Made by a program: the position numbers and the translations under genes. DNA of 64,000 nt from Bdellovibrionales bacterium. GTDB taxonomy: Bacteria; Bdellovibrionota; Bdellovibrionia; Bdellovibrionales; UBA1609. This document shows, piece after piece, positions 48,636 to 58,177 of this stretch. The notes beneath the pieces are model-generated. The model was not told the origin of the DNA and made no database searches. It worked only from the letters and a program-made list of their open reading frames with translations. The DNA lies in NCBI GenBank assembly GCA_016714165.1, contig JADJNU010000004.1, positions 44,944-108,943 on the forward strand, given 5' to 3'. Numbering within the stretch: position 1 is the first letter of the stretch; every line of letters starts with the position of its first letter.

Positions 48636-49793
48636 TCACTGAATTGGCTTTGCATGATTTCTACGGATGGCATTTTCATCGACTTTGACGTAATCCACCC
48701 AAAATTCAGAATTGGGAGCATAGGGTATTTTCAATTTTTCGTTGATGGTCACGGTCAGAGTTCTCGGATTGTAGCTCCATCCGGGGCCTGGTGCGACTTT
48801 AGAATTTCCGTAGTACAAAATCAAGGTTCCTTCCTGTGGGATAGACTGCAGAACTATTTGCAACTTCTTAAATTTTTTCCTAATATCGGATCCAATTCTT
48901 GCTAAATGGCTTCCAAAATTTTCATCGCAGATGGGGAACACTCTGCCTTCAATAGTCCCATGTGCTCGATTGATCGCTTGCAAAATCTTGTCTGGACGAT
49001 GAGCGTAGGATTCTATGTGACATGGATTTATTCCAACAACCGCGTAGAGGTCTGTTCGATTGACCCCCACAAGTCTGTCGATCCCCGCGATAAATGATTC
49101 TACACCGACATGATTACTCGAATCTTCTTCATCTGAAACGATAACAATGACTAATTGAGAATCGGGGCGAATAAAATCTCCATTGATTTTGTTCATTTCG
49201 GGACTTAGTGCTTTGAGGATGGGCGAGAACATCTCTTCGATCTCAGGACCTCCCTCGCTGGTTTTTAGGGTTCCAACTCGAAGGGCGCTCCGCAAAGCCT
49301 CTTTGTCGCCTTCAGAGCGTGTGATAAAAGCCGATCGCAGCTTTCCTTCAGGGTAGCATTCGACGACTTTACCTGATTCATCTACGGAGCCGTTTTTGAG
49401 TCTAACAGGAGTGTTACATAGGCTTTGCTCAAAATGGGAATCGTAAACAGTCAGGACTCCCACTCTGTAATCAATAAAGGCATTTTCTCCGAAGCTGTCT
49501 ACAAATTTATCAATACCTGCGATGAGCAGGTCCTGCTCATTGAGCATGCTCTCGGAGTTATCAATGAGAAAAACAATATCCACTTTGGACTTTAGTTCAA
49601 ATTTTGGTGACTCGCCTCGAGATCTCGCAGCCTGAAATTCTACAGGAGGGGCTGCCAAATAGGCAGAAGGGCTTCCTTGACAGCCAAGGCAGATTGAAGC
49701 AAGAAGGAGAAACATTCCAAGAAGTGAAAAATTTTTTGAATTTTTGCGGAGATCAATCATTATTTGAACAAGATCCAGTGTATTATTTTTCAT
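48636..49793 (-). CDS. von Willebrand factor A-domain lipoprotein (CglB-like adhesin candidate), last gene of the gliding operon
   Basis: Lipobox LLLASICLGC. MIDAS DxSxS motif in VDIVFLIDNSESM. ATG 49793 lies 4 nt after the upstream stop (ORF track start 49814). Confidence 0.75.
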   Translation of the reverse strand: MKNNTLDLVQIMIDLRKNSKNFSLLGMFLLLASICLGCQGSPSAYLAAPPVEFQAARSRGESPKFELKSKVDIVFLIDNSESMLNEQDLLIAGIDKFVDSFGENAFIDYRVGVLTVYDSHFEQSLCNTPVRLKNGSVDESGKVVECYPEGKLRSAFITRSEGDKEALRSALRVGTLKTSEGGPEIEEMFSPILKALSPEMNKINGDFIRPDSQLVIVIVSDEEDSSNHVGVESFIAGIDRLVGVNRTDLYAVVGINPCHIESYAHRPDKILQAINRAHGTIEGRVFPICDENFGSHLARIGSDIRKKFKKLQIVLQSIPQEGTLILYYGNSKVAPGPGWSYNPRTLTVTINEKLKIPYAPNSEFWVDYVKVDENAIRRNHAKPIQ

Positions 49794-49797
49794 ATCT

Positions 49798-50916
49798 TCA
49801 AGCTCCACCTGCATCTTTGGGGCATCCCTTAGATTGAACCTGGTAGGTGTCTAGTTCATCTATCCAGACTTCACCGTTAAATGGGAAAAACAATTGGTCG
49901 TCTTTGGCTTTGAATTGTCCCAAGCTGTTGCGTTTGTTTCCGTTTACCTTTTCAGCTAAATGAATTCGTTGCATCACCTCTGCCTCGACAAGTTGTAACT
50001 TGTTGAGGTTGCTCTTGATGTCACTCAAATCTTCATTGGCTAGTTGAGCGACTCGAGAAAATAGGGCAAAATTATTCATTCCGTTCGGTGATTTCTGGAT
50101 TTGGTCACGAACAGTGAAATCCAGATGAAAGGAGGACGGAAGAAGGTTTGCAATCTTCGCATAGGAAATGCTGTTATAGCCTTTTGATTTTAAATCCTGA
50201 CTTGCAGTTAAAATAAAGCCATCGGCTTTTCCATTTGCTACATTTGTGAGGTCATTGATGCGATTTTTCATTCTCTCCTTAAAGAGATTGAGAGTTTCAA
50301 ATACCTTGCTGTACTGGCACAATCGAAGATAAGTGATGGCAGCTGTAAAGTAGGCCTCGGGACCCAAAACGGGCTCAAAAACGGGAGAAAAGAGTGTTGT
50401 TAAATCAGCAAGTGCTTTCTCGTATTTTCCCGATCGACCTTGGGTGTGAGCTCGCTCTTCGATGGCCACAATCCAGAGATCTGAGGACTGTGGAATTTTT
50501 GAGTAGGTTGCAATCGCACCTGCAAAATTCCTATCTTGATATTGAGCCCGAGCTTGAGTTAGCAGCAGGCGATCTGAAGGCAATCCGGCTCTTTCAAATG
50601 CCGAAGGAGTTGGTAGAATCTTCAATGCCATCTTTGGCTTATTTTGTCTGAGGCTAGCGAGAGCCATTCGATATCGCTCGACGAGAGATTCAGCTGATTT
50701 TCGTTCCTTTCCGAATTTTAAAGCCAGTGCTTTGTTGTACGCTTTTAAAAATGACTTATAATTGCCAAAATTGTCTCGAAGGGACTCGTTGTTAAGTTTG
50801 AATTCATTTGATAAAGGCTTCGTGGCCGCTAGGGCCACAGAATTTGGACTCGCACCAAAAGTGGCGATGCAAAAATAAGTCAATAGAATAAAGTGCGAAG
50901 CCAAGTTTGTTTTCAT
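49798..50916 (-). CDS. periplasmic helical-repeat (TPR-like) protein, GltC/GltE-like candidate
   Basis: 372 aa. Signal peptide. Helical repeat composition. 4-nt overlap with the upstream OMP gene. The assignment rests on position in the cluster. Confidence 0.5.
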   Translation of the reverse strand: MKTNLASHFILLTYFCIATFGASPNSVALAATKPLSNEFKLNNESLRDNFGNYKSFLKAYNKALALKFGKERKSAESLVERYRMALASLRQNKPKMALKILPTPSAFERAGLPSDRLLLTQARAQYQDRNFAGAIATYSKIPQSSDLWIVAIEERAHTQGRSGKYEKALADLTTLFSPVFEPVLGPEAYFTAAITYLRLCQYSKVFETLNLFKERMKNRINDLTNVANGKADGFILTASQDLKSKGYNSISYAKIANLLPSSFHLDFTVRDQIQKSPNGMNNFALFSRVAQLANEDLSDIKSNLNKLQLVEAEVMQRIHLAEKVNGNKRNSLGQFKAKDDQLFFPFNGEVWIDELDTYQVQSKGCPKDAGGA

Positions 50917-51668
50917 AACAAAAATCCAAGCCCAAAGGAAAAGGCGGTAATGGCCTGCTCGCGTGTTCCGGTATTAATGACGTCTTGATATTCCTGGTAG
51001 CGAACTTCAAAACGTGAAGTAAAGTGCTGAGACCACCAAATTCCGACGCCCCCACCAGCTATCCAAGTGGGTGTTTCACCGGACACAAGCTTCATGGTTC
51101 CGTATCCGCCTGTCACAAAGAGATCAAATTGACTGATTCCAAGATTGAAAAAGTTTAATTTTCCATAAAGTGGATAGACTGTGAGAATTCCAATGGAAGA
51201 GGAGAGTGGGGTATCCAAATCGGGTCGAAGTGAATTGTCCCCGTTGGCCCTGCGCTGATTGGCATCAGAAAAAATGCGTTCTCCTTCAGGGGTAAGTTTA
51301 CTGAGAGAATCGTAGTAGCGACCCCCAATTGAAACTTTTGGCGTGATATGGAAGTCAAGTGCGTAACCAAGGTTATTTGTCTTAATATAGGAATCGCCTC
51401 CGGTGACACCATCATAACTGATTCCAAATTCGAACCGAAGATTTCGATCAACGGACCGATTCTGAACAACTCGAACTCGATTTTCACCGTCAATAGCTTT
51501 GGCTCGTTCTGCAATCGCTTTATTGGAGCCCAAGGAATCTAATTCGCTACCAATAGCAACAGAACGACCTTTCTCCCCAGCCAGTGCAGTCGTTAAGGCA
51601 GAGTCTGCCATGAAGGCAGCCCATGTGACGAGAACTGAAAATAAAAATGACATGATTGTGTGATTCAT
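50913..51668 (-). CDS. outer-membrane beta-barrel protein, GltA/GltB-like
   Basis: 251 aa. Signal peptide. ..RFEFGISYDG.., ..GGVGIWW..FTSRFEVRYQEY.. and C-terminal FSFGLGFLL resemble the myxobacterial-type OMP domain found in gliding clusters. Confidence 0.6.
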   Translation of the reverse strand: MNHTIMSFLFSVLVTWAAFMADSALTTALAGEKGRSVAIGSELDSLGSNKAIAERAKAIDGENRVRVVQNRSVDRNLRFEFGISYDGVTGGDSYIKTNNLGYALDFHITPKVSIGGRYYDSLSKLTPEGERIFSDANQRRANGDNSLRPDLDTPLSSSIGILTVYPLYGKLNFFNLGISQFDLFVTGGYGTMKLVSGETPTWIAGGGVGIWWSQHFTSRFEVRYQEYQDVINTGTREQAITAFSFGLGFLL

Positions 51669-52720
51669 TTCTTACCTCTCCCTCTGAAGCTTTTTCCTTT
51701 GACGGGCTTTTGAACTGGTTTGCTTGCAGCAACAGGATTCCCTGCGCCTACAGTCGTCGGAGCAGCGGCGGTGGAGTTGCCGGAAAGTACGGTCACACTC
51801 GAGGCAGGTGATGCTTCAGGTAATGGCCGCACAATCTTTATCACAAGATTTTCGTGTGGTGAAATCAGAGGGGGCTGTTGCTCTTGATTTGAAACTGAGA
51901 AGCGAACAAGCCCGTCAAGGGAGTTTCTAGTCGGATTTCTTTTAAGGAACTCGCTGTTCACCTTCAGGAATTGGACAATAATAGTTTGTAGTATGTCAGG
52001 ATCAATGTCTAATATAAACCGGTATGTATTATTTCCTAATGATAAGGGGTGAGTTCCTTTTATGGCTGGAGCCAAGTTGATCACCGGATTCTCTTTCGAA
52101 ACTGCATTTCCATCAAAATCCCAGTTGAGATCGAGTGCTTGGCTGTCTTTAAGTCCCGTCGCCACAACATCAAGTCTGATCGACGAGGGGCTGGCAGAGG
52201 TTGGATTGATTTTATCGGGAGCGCTGATCTCCTTGATCATTGGCACTTCAGATGTACTCGAGACAACAATTCCCATCTGTGTTTGGCATTGTTCTGTTGC
52301 AATCGATTGGCTATTTGGAACAAGTTCAATTTGGAAGGATTTAAAACTCTTTCCAACCTCAACAGTGCCTCTGGGCGGCGCATATTTTATCACAAACATC
52401 AAACCATTTGGAGTCATGCCACTTTTTACAGGCTGTTCAAATCCGACGGGAGCCTCGTTGATAGAGATGGACTGAGTCGATGTGGCATAGGAGCCACGGA
52501 CAAAGATTTCTGCGCTTGTGAGTTTTTCTTCAACCGCAAACAGGGTGGGTGGAGCTATGATATTAATTCCGCACCCAGACTTGTAGGTCTGGTCCTCCGT
52601 CTTCAGGTTCACGGGCGGGATGTCCGACTTCACATTTGGATATTTCTCGAGAGGATCCTTAGATCCACCACATCCAGTAGTGATAAGACTCGCGAATATA
52701 ATTAAAGAAATATTTTTCAT
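51665..52720 (-). CDS. lipoprotein of the gliding cluster (GltK/GltH-like candidate)
   Basis: 351 aa. Lipobox LITTGC. Basic C-terminal tail. Confidence 0.55.
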   Translation of the reverse strand: MKNISLIIFASLITTGCGGSKDPLEKYPNVKSDIPPVNLKTEDQTYKSGCGINIIAPPTLFAVEEKLTSAEIFVRGSYATSTQSISINEAPVGFEQPVKSGMTPNGLMFVIKYAPPRGTVEVGKSFKSFQIELVPNSQSIATEQCQTQMGIVVSSTSEVPMIKEISAPDKINPTSASPSSIRLDVVATGLKDSQALDLNWDFDGNAVSKENPVINLAPAIKGTHPLSLGNNTYRFILDIDPDILQTIIVQFLKVNSEFLKRNPTRNSLDGLVRFSVSNQEQQPPLISPHENLVIKIVRPLPEASPASSVTVLSGNSTAAAPTTVGAGNPVAASKPVQKPVKGKSFRGRGKK

Positions 52721-52729
52721 ATGAGTCCT

Positions 52730-53944
52730 TTAGCCTTGGTTTAATCGCTTGAGTAAGAACGGATAGGTGACCTTTACAGCAACATTTCCTTTTGGTTTGG
52801 GAAATCTCCAAGCGCGAAGTTTCCCCAGAATACATGATTCCACTTGTATTGCTGAGAGGCTTGTGTGAGCAACTTTTGCGACAGTCACTTGGCCACCAGG
52901 AGAAATCACAAAATTGACTGCAACGCGGCCAGACAGATCTGGCTTTGTCTGTAATCCTCTTTCGTAACAATAAATAACTTGCCCCTGATTCCGGCGAATG
53001 ACCGCATTGATCTGATCGGGGTGGAGTCCGCCTTCAACCGTAGCTTCCTCACTCATTGGGAGGTAATAGCCTCCCGAGCTTCCGGCCATCTTCATGGAGC
53101 CGTAACCAGCTTGTCCCTGTCCCTTCCCCTTGGTTCCATAACCGCCATAGCCGCTTAAGTTTTCGCCACCACCAATACCAGCTTGAACTAATCCATGGCC
53201 CAGAAGCCCCCGTTCGGATCCTCCCCTCGCTCGAGAAGAATCAAATCCATAGCCACCAGACTTCGAGGCGGACTTGGAAAGTCCTCCCGGTCCGTTTGAG
53301 TTCTTATCCATTCCGCCTAGTGCGCTGAGAGCTCCCATTCGATTGAGATCGTTCCCGGCTCGTTCATTACGTGTTTTGACCTTGGTCGGTTGGTTTATGA
53401 CAACCTTCTTGGGTTGTACTTTTGGCGATTTTTTCGGAATAACCTGTGCTTGCTGTGGTACCGGTTTGATTTTCTGAGTACTTGGTTTTACAACCGGCAC
53501 CTTTTTTTCGATCAAGTCTTCCTTCTTAAATACAGTTACCACTTGGGATTCCGGTTGTTCTTGGCGGTGAATCCACCAGCCAATGAGAAGTGTCAGAAGA
53601 AGTAAGCTCACCTGAATTCCAGCTGTCCATTTAATGAAGAAGATGAAATCACGGTTCTGTTCTTTGCGTTCAGAGACATCAGGTGTCACTTGAGCAACTG
53701 ATTGAACGTGCCGAATTTGTCCCCAGGCTCCCTTCATAACAACCTGATCGACAGGACTCGACTTCGCTATATCTCCCAACTTATCAACCTGAATTCCTTC
53801 ATCGGTCAGTTCTTTACTGTCTCGTACAATTTCAATCCGTTTAAGGTCATGACGATAGATAATTTCCAGCTCCTCCCGCGTGAACGGAAGTACGCGAGCT
53901 GTTTCTCCGTGGGAATTCTGCAAAATCAAATAGCTATTTTTCAT
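52730..53944 (-). CDS. AgmX/GltG-like protein with TonB-type C-terminal domain
   Basis: Preferred start is ATG 53944 (ORF track 54037). One TM (WTAGIQVSLLLLTLLIGWWI), a Pro/Lys-rich linker, a Gly-rich stretch, and C-terminal ..INAVIRRNQGQVIYCYERGLQ..GRVAVNFVISPGGQV..CILGKLRAWRFPKP. Confidence 0.7.
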   Translation of the reverse strand: MKNSYLILQNSHGETARVLPFTREELEIIYRHDLKRIEIVRDSKELTDEGIQVDKLGDIAKSSPVDQVVMKGAWGQIRHVQSVAQVTPDVSERKEQNRDFIFFIKWTAGIQVSLLLLTLLIGWWIHRQEQPESQVVTVFKKEDLIEKKVPVVKPSTQKIKPVPQQAQVIPKKSPKVQPKKVVINQPTKVKTRNERAGNDLNRMGALSALGGMDKNSNGPGGLSKSASKSGGYGFDSSRARGGSERGLLGHGLVQAGIGGGENLSGYGGYGTKGKGQGQAGYGSMKMAGSSGGYYLPMSEEATVEGGLHPDQINAVIRRNQGQVIYCYERGLQTKPDLSGRVAVNFVISPGGQVTVAKVAHTSLSAIQVESCILGKLRAWRFPKPKGNVAVKVTYPFLLKRLNQG

Positions 53945-53951
53945 ATCGCCT

Positions 53952-54290
53952 CTACCTTCCTGATGCGGAGCGAACCGCACGATCCTGAAAATCCCATCTG
54001 TAATCAATGAGACGTGGAATATCTTTTTCATTCTCAACGGTTGTTGTCATTCCAAGGGGAGATTGGCGTAAGCCTCGAACAGTCAAATCATTAAAATTAA
54101 TATCCGTGCTCAATTTTGAAACTTCGGCATTATGGTTGGATACCACTTTCTGCTTCTTCATACCCTTATTTGGCCTTCCCGATTTAACTGAGCCGGAAGA
54201 GGATTTGGCTTCGCAAACTGACAGCCTGTCGGTCGTACCGAGAAAAAACAACAGGGTCGCAAGTTCAAGAGTGACAATTAATGGCCTCAT
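53952..54290 (-). CDS. small secreted protein of the gliding cluster (GltF-like position)
   Basis: 112 aa. Signal peptide. Tightly packed between the GltD-like and AgmX-like genes. Confidence 0.5.
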   Translation of the reverse strand: MRPLIVTLELATLLFFLGTTDRLSVCEAKSSSGSVKSGRPNKGMKKQKVVSNHNAEVSKLSTDINFNDLTVRGLRQSPLGMTTTVENEKDIPRLIDYRWDFQDRAVRSASGR

Positions 54291-54293
54291 CTT

Positions 54294-57245
54294 CTATCTC
54301 CGTGTCTCAGATTTAATCTGAGATAATCTTTCATCTAAATATGCAATCAAAGGACCGTTTGCACGTTTTGCTTCTAACTCACGAAGGTCTTCAAGTGTTG
54401 ATGGGTCCAATGGATTTTTCTCGACATTTTGGCGTGCTTTTTCTATTCGTGAAGGATTCACTTTCAAATTTTGAATTTCGCTCTCGAATCGAGAAACCTC
54501 ACTGCTTGGGAGGAATTCCCGGAGGGCCCTGTAATCACTCAGAGCGACAATGCGAGCCACCGGATCTTCGCTACCAATTGAGTTCCTCAGTTTATCAATG
54601 TTCTGCGAGTTAATAGAAAAGAAATTGGACAACAGAGTTTCAGCCTCTTTGGAAGCCAGTTGATAAGGCTGTGCTCGCTCCTGAATCAGCTTACTGTAGG
54701 TTGCTCTTTCCAATTGAGAGAGACCCTTAGGGGTTGGGAGGCCAGTCAGTTGGCGATAAAATCGATTATTTTCTCTGACAATTGTTTTGAGAGCGAGAAC
54801 TTGTAAATAGATATCTCCGTGTTGATTGGCTTCATTGTATTCGTTCTTTAGCTTCTCAAGAAGCTGCATTCTTTCCTTGATTCCTTTTTGGAGACCTCGA
54901 TCTGAGGTTGTTGCAATGCTGTGACGGTGCACCCGATCAGAAAACTGCAGAAAATTCTTTCGGAGCTTTAGATTTGATAGGTAGATTCCTTCTGGTGTGG
55001 CACGCACGCCGGGAACAGAAAGGGCTCTATCAATTTTTGCAGGACGAGGATCTTGTGAGTGAATTTCCAGGGTGATTTGGGCCAATAGATCCGGATTTGA
55101 CTTCAATTGACCTATCATTCTGTCATAGACCGCCCATTTGTAATGACTTCGGCGGATCAGCTTGATGCGAATGAGGTTGGTGTTGCGTGTGGATCGAGCT
55201 GTTCTGAGATAATCATTGAAGTGCTTTTCAGGGTTGAGTCCTGCCAACTCGGCCAGAAGTCCCAGGCGCAAAGACCTTTGTTCTTGAGTTAAATTTTTCA
55301 TTGGCATGTCGCTGGCGACATTATAGGCTTCCATAAATTCCAATTTAAGTTCATGAACCCAGAGCAGACTTTTCTTAGCCAATTCGATGTCAGTCTTTGT
55401 TATGCCTCTCACGGCTAAAAGTTTCTTGCTAGACGAAGAAATTGTTTCGAGATCTTTAAGTTTTTCAGAACTCAAAATCATGGTGCGATAATGAGTTGCC
55501 TGATCAAAAGCAGACAAATGTTTAACTGGATAAGATGTTAGGATTTTTAACTCAGAACGAACCAGTGAATCGTCAATGGGCGTTGATTTCAAAGCTAAGA
55601 CAATCTGGTTGATTGTAACCTTGCGCCCAATTTCATTAAAATGATCGGAGCGATTGGGAAACTTGGGAGCATAAAGTCGGGAAAAATCACGGATCTCGCG
55701 ATCATTTTTGATAAGTTTCAAAGCGTCAAGTGAGAGTTCAGCAGACTGCAAGCGAAGTTTGCTATCCTTGAAATCGCTATCCAGAGCTAAGAGTTTGAAC
55801 GCCTCCGCAGCTTCTGCATACTTGTTGGTCTTGTAGAGAATATAGGCAAGCTGATAGCGAACGGTGTAGGCCAAGGGTCCATTTGAATTAAGTTCGAGAT
55901 ATTTTTTGAGAGCCCTCTCATAAAGCGATTGATTGTGGCTTTCTTCGGCAATCTCAATGGCGATGACCAGAGAGGATTCCAATTCCTTTTTCATTTTCTT
56001 TTTTGCAGAAATAATCGCCGCTTGCTCGTAGAGTTCGTAAGCAGTAATTCTATCATTGCGTTGTTTTGCCACTTGAGCAGCCCAAACGATAACTTCAAAA
56101 TCCTCAGGATTGCAGGAGATATACTTTTGATAAGCCAATGAGAGATTTTTCGTTGGGGCGGTCTTTTCCTTTTTTGTCCAAGTAACTAAAAGGGATTTAA
56201 AATCGTTTTTGACACTCTCACATTTTTTGTCTGAACAGTTCTTTTTTTGAACGAAGACAACAGTCTGATCGAGATGATGGAGAGCTTGAGGATAATTTTC
56301 AAGGTCATAAAAGTTCTGCGCGAGCTTCAATTGGATTTCGGCACTGTCTTGGCTTGAGCTATCTTGTCGCAGCAAAAGGGTCCAGATAAGAAGAGAACCT
56401 TTCTTGTTCCCAAGACGATCAGCTTCTTCGCCAAAAAATTTGAGATTTTCGATTCTATCCTTTTCTGGAGAATGTGCAAGATAGGTATCTACATCCTTGG
56501 ATGTAAAAGGGTTTCGTGCCTGCATGGTTGCATAATCTCGCATGAGATCTTTGTGGAATGCAGTGAGAGAAAGTCTTTCGGCCTGTCTGATGGCCTTTTG
56601 TATTGTTCGTAGCGCTTCATCGTTGCGTCCAAGATTGTAGGCTGTCCACGATTGGCGAAAGACGATGTAGGCCCGGTCTTCAGGCGTGGCTCTTCGAAGT
56701 GCTGAGTCGTAGGAGATCGCAGCTTTACGATAGTCCCCATTTTGGAATAACATTTCTGCTATGCCGAGGTGGGCTTTTGAGTGAATTTTGAACTGTCGAT
56801 TATCCTTAAGTATTTCCTTATAGGTCTTCTCCATACTTTTGCTCTGATTTGTCAACTTGTAAAGATTAGCCAACTGAAGGTTGACCCTTTGAAGATCTTC
56901 AACGTGGTTTAGGATCATTCGTTTTGTTGCCAGGTAGTACGCGATCGCCTTCTCGCGATCCTTTTTTGCGTCTTTGCATTCGGTGCAATTTTTTTCACCA
57001 GCTGCAATGTCTTTAAGGCGGGCGCGCTCAGAATAGAGATCACCAAGCCGAATCTTTATGGTGGTTGCCTGTTCTGAGTTATTCGGCAAACTGGGCAGTA
57101 CAGCTGTGAGTTTTCCAATCAGGGCGTCATGAGTTTGCAGATCCATTCTTGCAACGGCAGACGACTCCGATTCGGAGCTGTAGCTTTGAAGTGACACGAG
57201 GCTTGAAAAAATGAAGGCAAGAGCCATCAGGCTTGAGCGACTCAC
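54294..57245 (-). CDS. large TPR-repeat protein, GltD/AgmU-like
   Basis: 983 aa. GTG start behind GAGGAG. Signal peptide. TPR-like helical repeats throughout. Immediately downstream of the TolQ/TolR-like motor genes. Confidence 0.65.
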   Translation of the reverse strand: MSRSSLMALAFIFSSLVSLQSYSSESESSAVARMDLQTHDALIGKLTAVLPSLPNNSEQATTIKIRLGDLYSERARLKDIAAGEKNCTECKDAKKDREKAIAYYLATKRMILNHVEDLQRVNLQLANLYKLTNQSKSMEKTYKEILKDNRQFKIHSKAHLGIAEMLFQNGDYRKAAISYDSALRRATPEDRAYIVFRQSWTAYNLGRNDEALRTIQKAIRQAERLSLTAFHKDLMRDYATMQARNPFTSKDVDTYLAHSPEKDRIENLKFFGEEADRLGNKKGSLLIWTLLLRQDSSSQDSAEIQLKLAQNFYDLENYPQALHHLDQTVVFVQKKNCSDKKCESVKNDFKSLLVTWTKKEKTAPTKNLSLAYQKYISCNPEDFEVIVWAAQVAKQRNDRITAYELYEQAAIISAKKKMKKELESSLVIAIEIAEESHNQSLYERALKKYLELNSNGPLAYTVRYQLAYILYKTNKYAEAAEAFKLLALDSDFKDSKLRLQSAELSLDALKLIKNDREIRDFSRLYAPKFPNRSDHFNEIGRKVTINQIVLALKSTPIDDSLVRSELKILTSYPVKHLSAFDQATHYRTMILSSEKLKDLETISSSSKKLLAVRGITKTDIELAKKSLLWVHELKLEFMEAYNVASDMPMKNLTQEQRSLRLGLLAELAGLNPEKHFNDYLRTARSTRNTNLIRIKLIRRSHYKWAVYDRMIGQLKSNPDLLAQITLEIHSQDPRPAKIDRALSVPGVRATPEGIYLSNLKLRKNFLQFSDRVHRHSIATTSDRGLQKGIKERMQLLEKLKNEYNEANQHGDIYLQVLALKTIVRENNRFYRQLTGLPTPKGLSQLERATYSKLIQERAQPYQLASKEAETLLSNFFSINSQNIDKLRNSIGSEDPVARIVALSDYRALREFLPSSEVSRFESEIQNLKVNPSRIEKARQNVEKNPLDPSTLEDLRELEAKRANGPLIAYLDERLSQIKSETRR

Positions 57246-57328
57246 ATTTTCTCCTCTTTGATAACTGCAAATTGAACTTCAGAAAAGCCAGATTGCAGAC
57301 CAGCCACAACGACGGGATTAAGCTCACT

Positions 57329-57688
57329 TTAGGTCAGTTGACGGTCAGCTTGAATGACGATGGCCTTTTTGTCGGGGTTGTCGGTTTGTAAGTCTGAGAG
57401 CTTCTTTAACTCTTCTCCCAATTCTTGGAGAGCGATCGTTCTTCCTGAGATTTGGTAGGATTGATTTTTGTTAACAAGAATAACGAGCGAATTCGTCAGG
57501 GCCTGTGCTTGACTGGCCTTTGGAAGGACCATTCCGTTTGGCATATCGAGATCGATTTCGCCAAATGAGGTCGCCAATAGCAAATAAACCAGAATAATGG
57601 CGAAACAATCAACCAATGAGGTCAAGTTGTGTCCGCTGTGTTCTCCAGAGTGGGACTTAGATTTCTTAAACGAATTGGCTTTTCTCAT
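57329..57688 (-). CDS. ExbD/TolR-family protein (AglS/AglQ-like)
   Basis: ATG 57688 behind GTGAGG. N-terminal basic region, then the TM NLTSLVDCFAIILVYLLL typical of ExbD/TolR. Confidence 0.75.
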   Translation of the reverse strand: MRKANSFKKSKSHSGEHSGHNLTSLVDCFAIILVYLLLATSFGEIDLDMPNGMVLPKASQAQALTNSLVILVNKNQSYQISGRTIALQELGEELKKLSDLQTDNPDKKAIVIQADRQLT

Positions 57689-57705
57689 ATATAGGGACCT
57701 CACTG

Positions 57706-58140
57706 TTATAAAGGAGCAATGCCGATGTCGACAAATTCGGCCTTCTTTAAGAAATTCATCGCTTGAATCAGATCTTCGTAACTAGAGTTTGTTTGTGGAA
57801 ATACAATGGCCGTTCGGAGTTCTGGGTTTTCCATCTTTTTGGATCCCGCGTAATCAGCAAGATCGTCAAAAGTGATACGCTTCTTTTTATCATTAACTTT
57901 AAGACCGTGGGTCGAAACTAGAATACTGTCCTTGGATTCCAGTTCCACCCACATTGATTTTGGATTTTCATCTTGAGATTGAGCTTCAGTACCTAAACCC
58001 TGCTTGGAGGACATGACCCCTGCTTGAAGCCAAACAGCAGTGAAGAGCAAAAAGCTGATGCATACAGACAGCAGGTCGATAAACGGGACAAGATTGACTT
58101 CAGCGGAAGCATGAGATTTTTTCTTGTTACGGGAAAACAT
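57706..58140 (-). CDS. ExbD/TolR-family protein (AglQ/AglS-like)
   Basis: 144 aa. AEVNLVPFIDLLSVCISFLLF is the ExbD/TolR signature. Confidence 0.8.
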   Translation of the reverse strand: MFSRNKKKSHASAEVNLVPFIDLLSVCISFLLFTAVWLQAGVMSSKQGLGTEAQSQDENPKSMWVELESKDSILVSTHGLKVNDKKKRITFDDLADYAGSKKMENPELRTAIVFPQTNSSYEDLIQAMNFLKKAEFVDIGIAPL

Positions 58141-58177
58141 TTGTCACGTCCTTATAAATAAATATTAAAACTATTTA

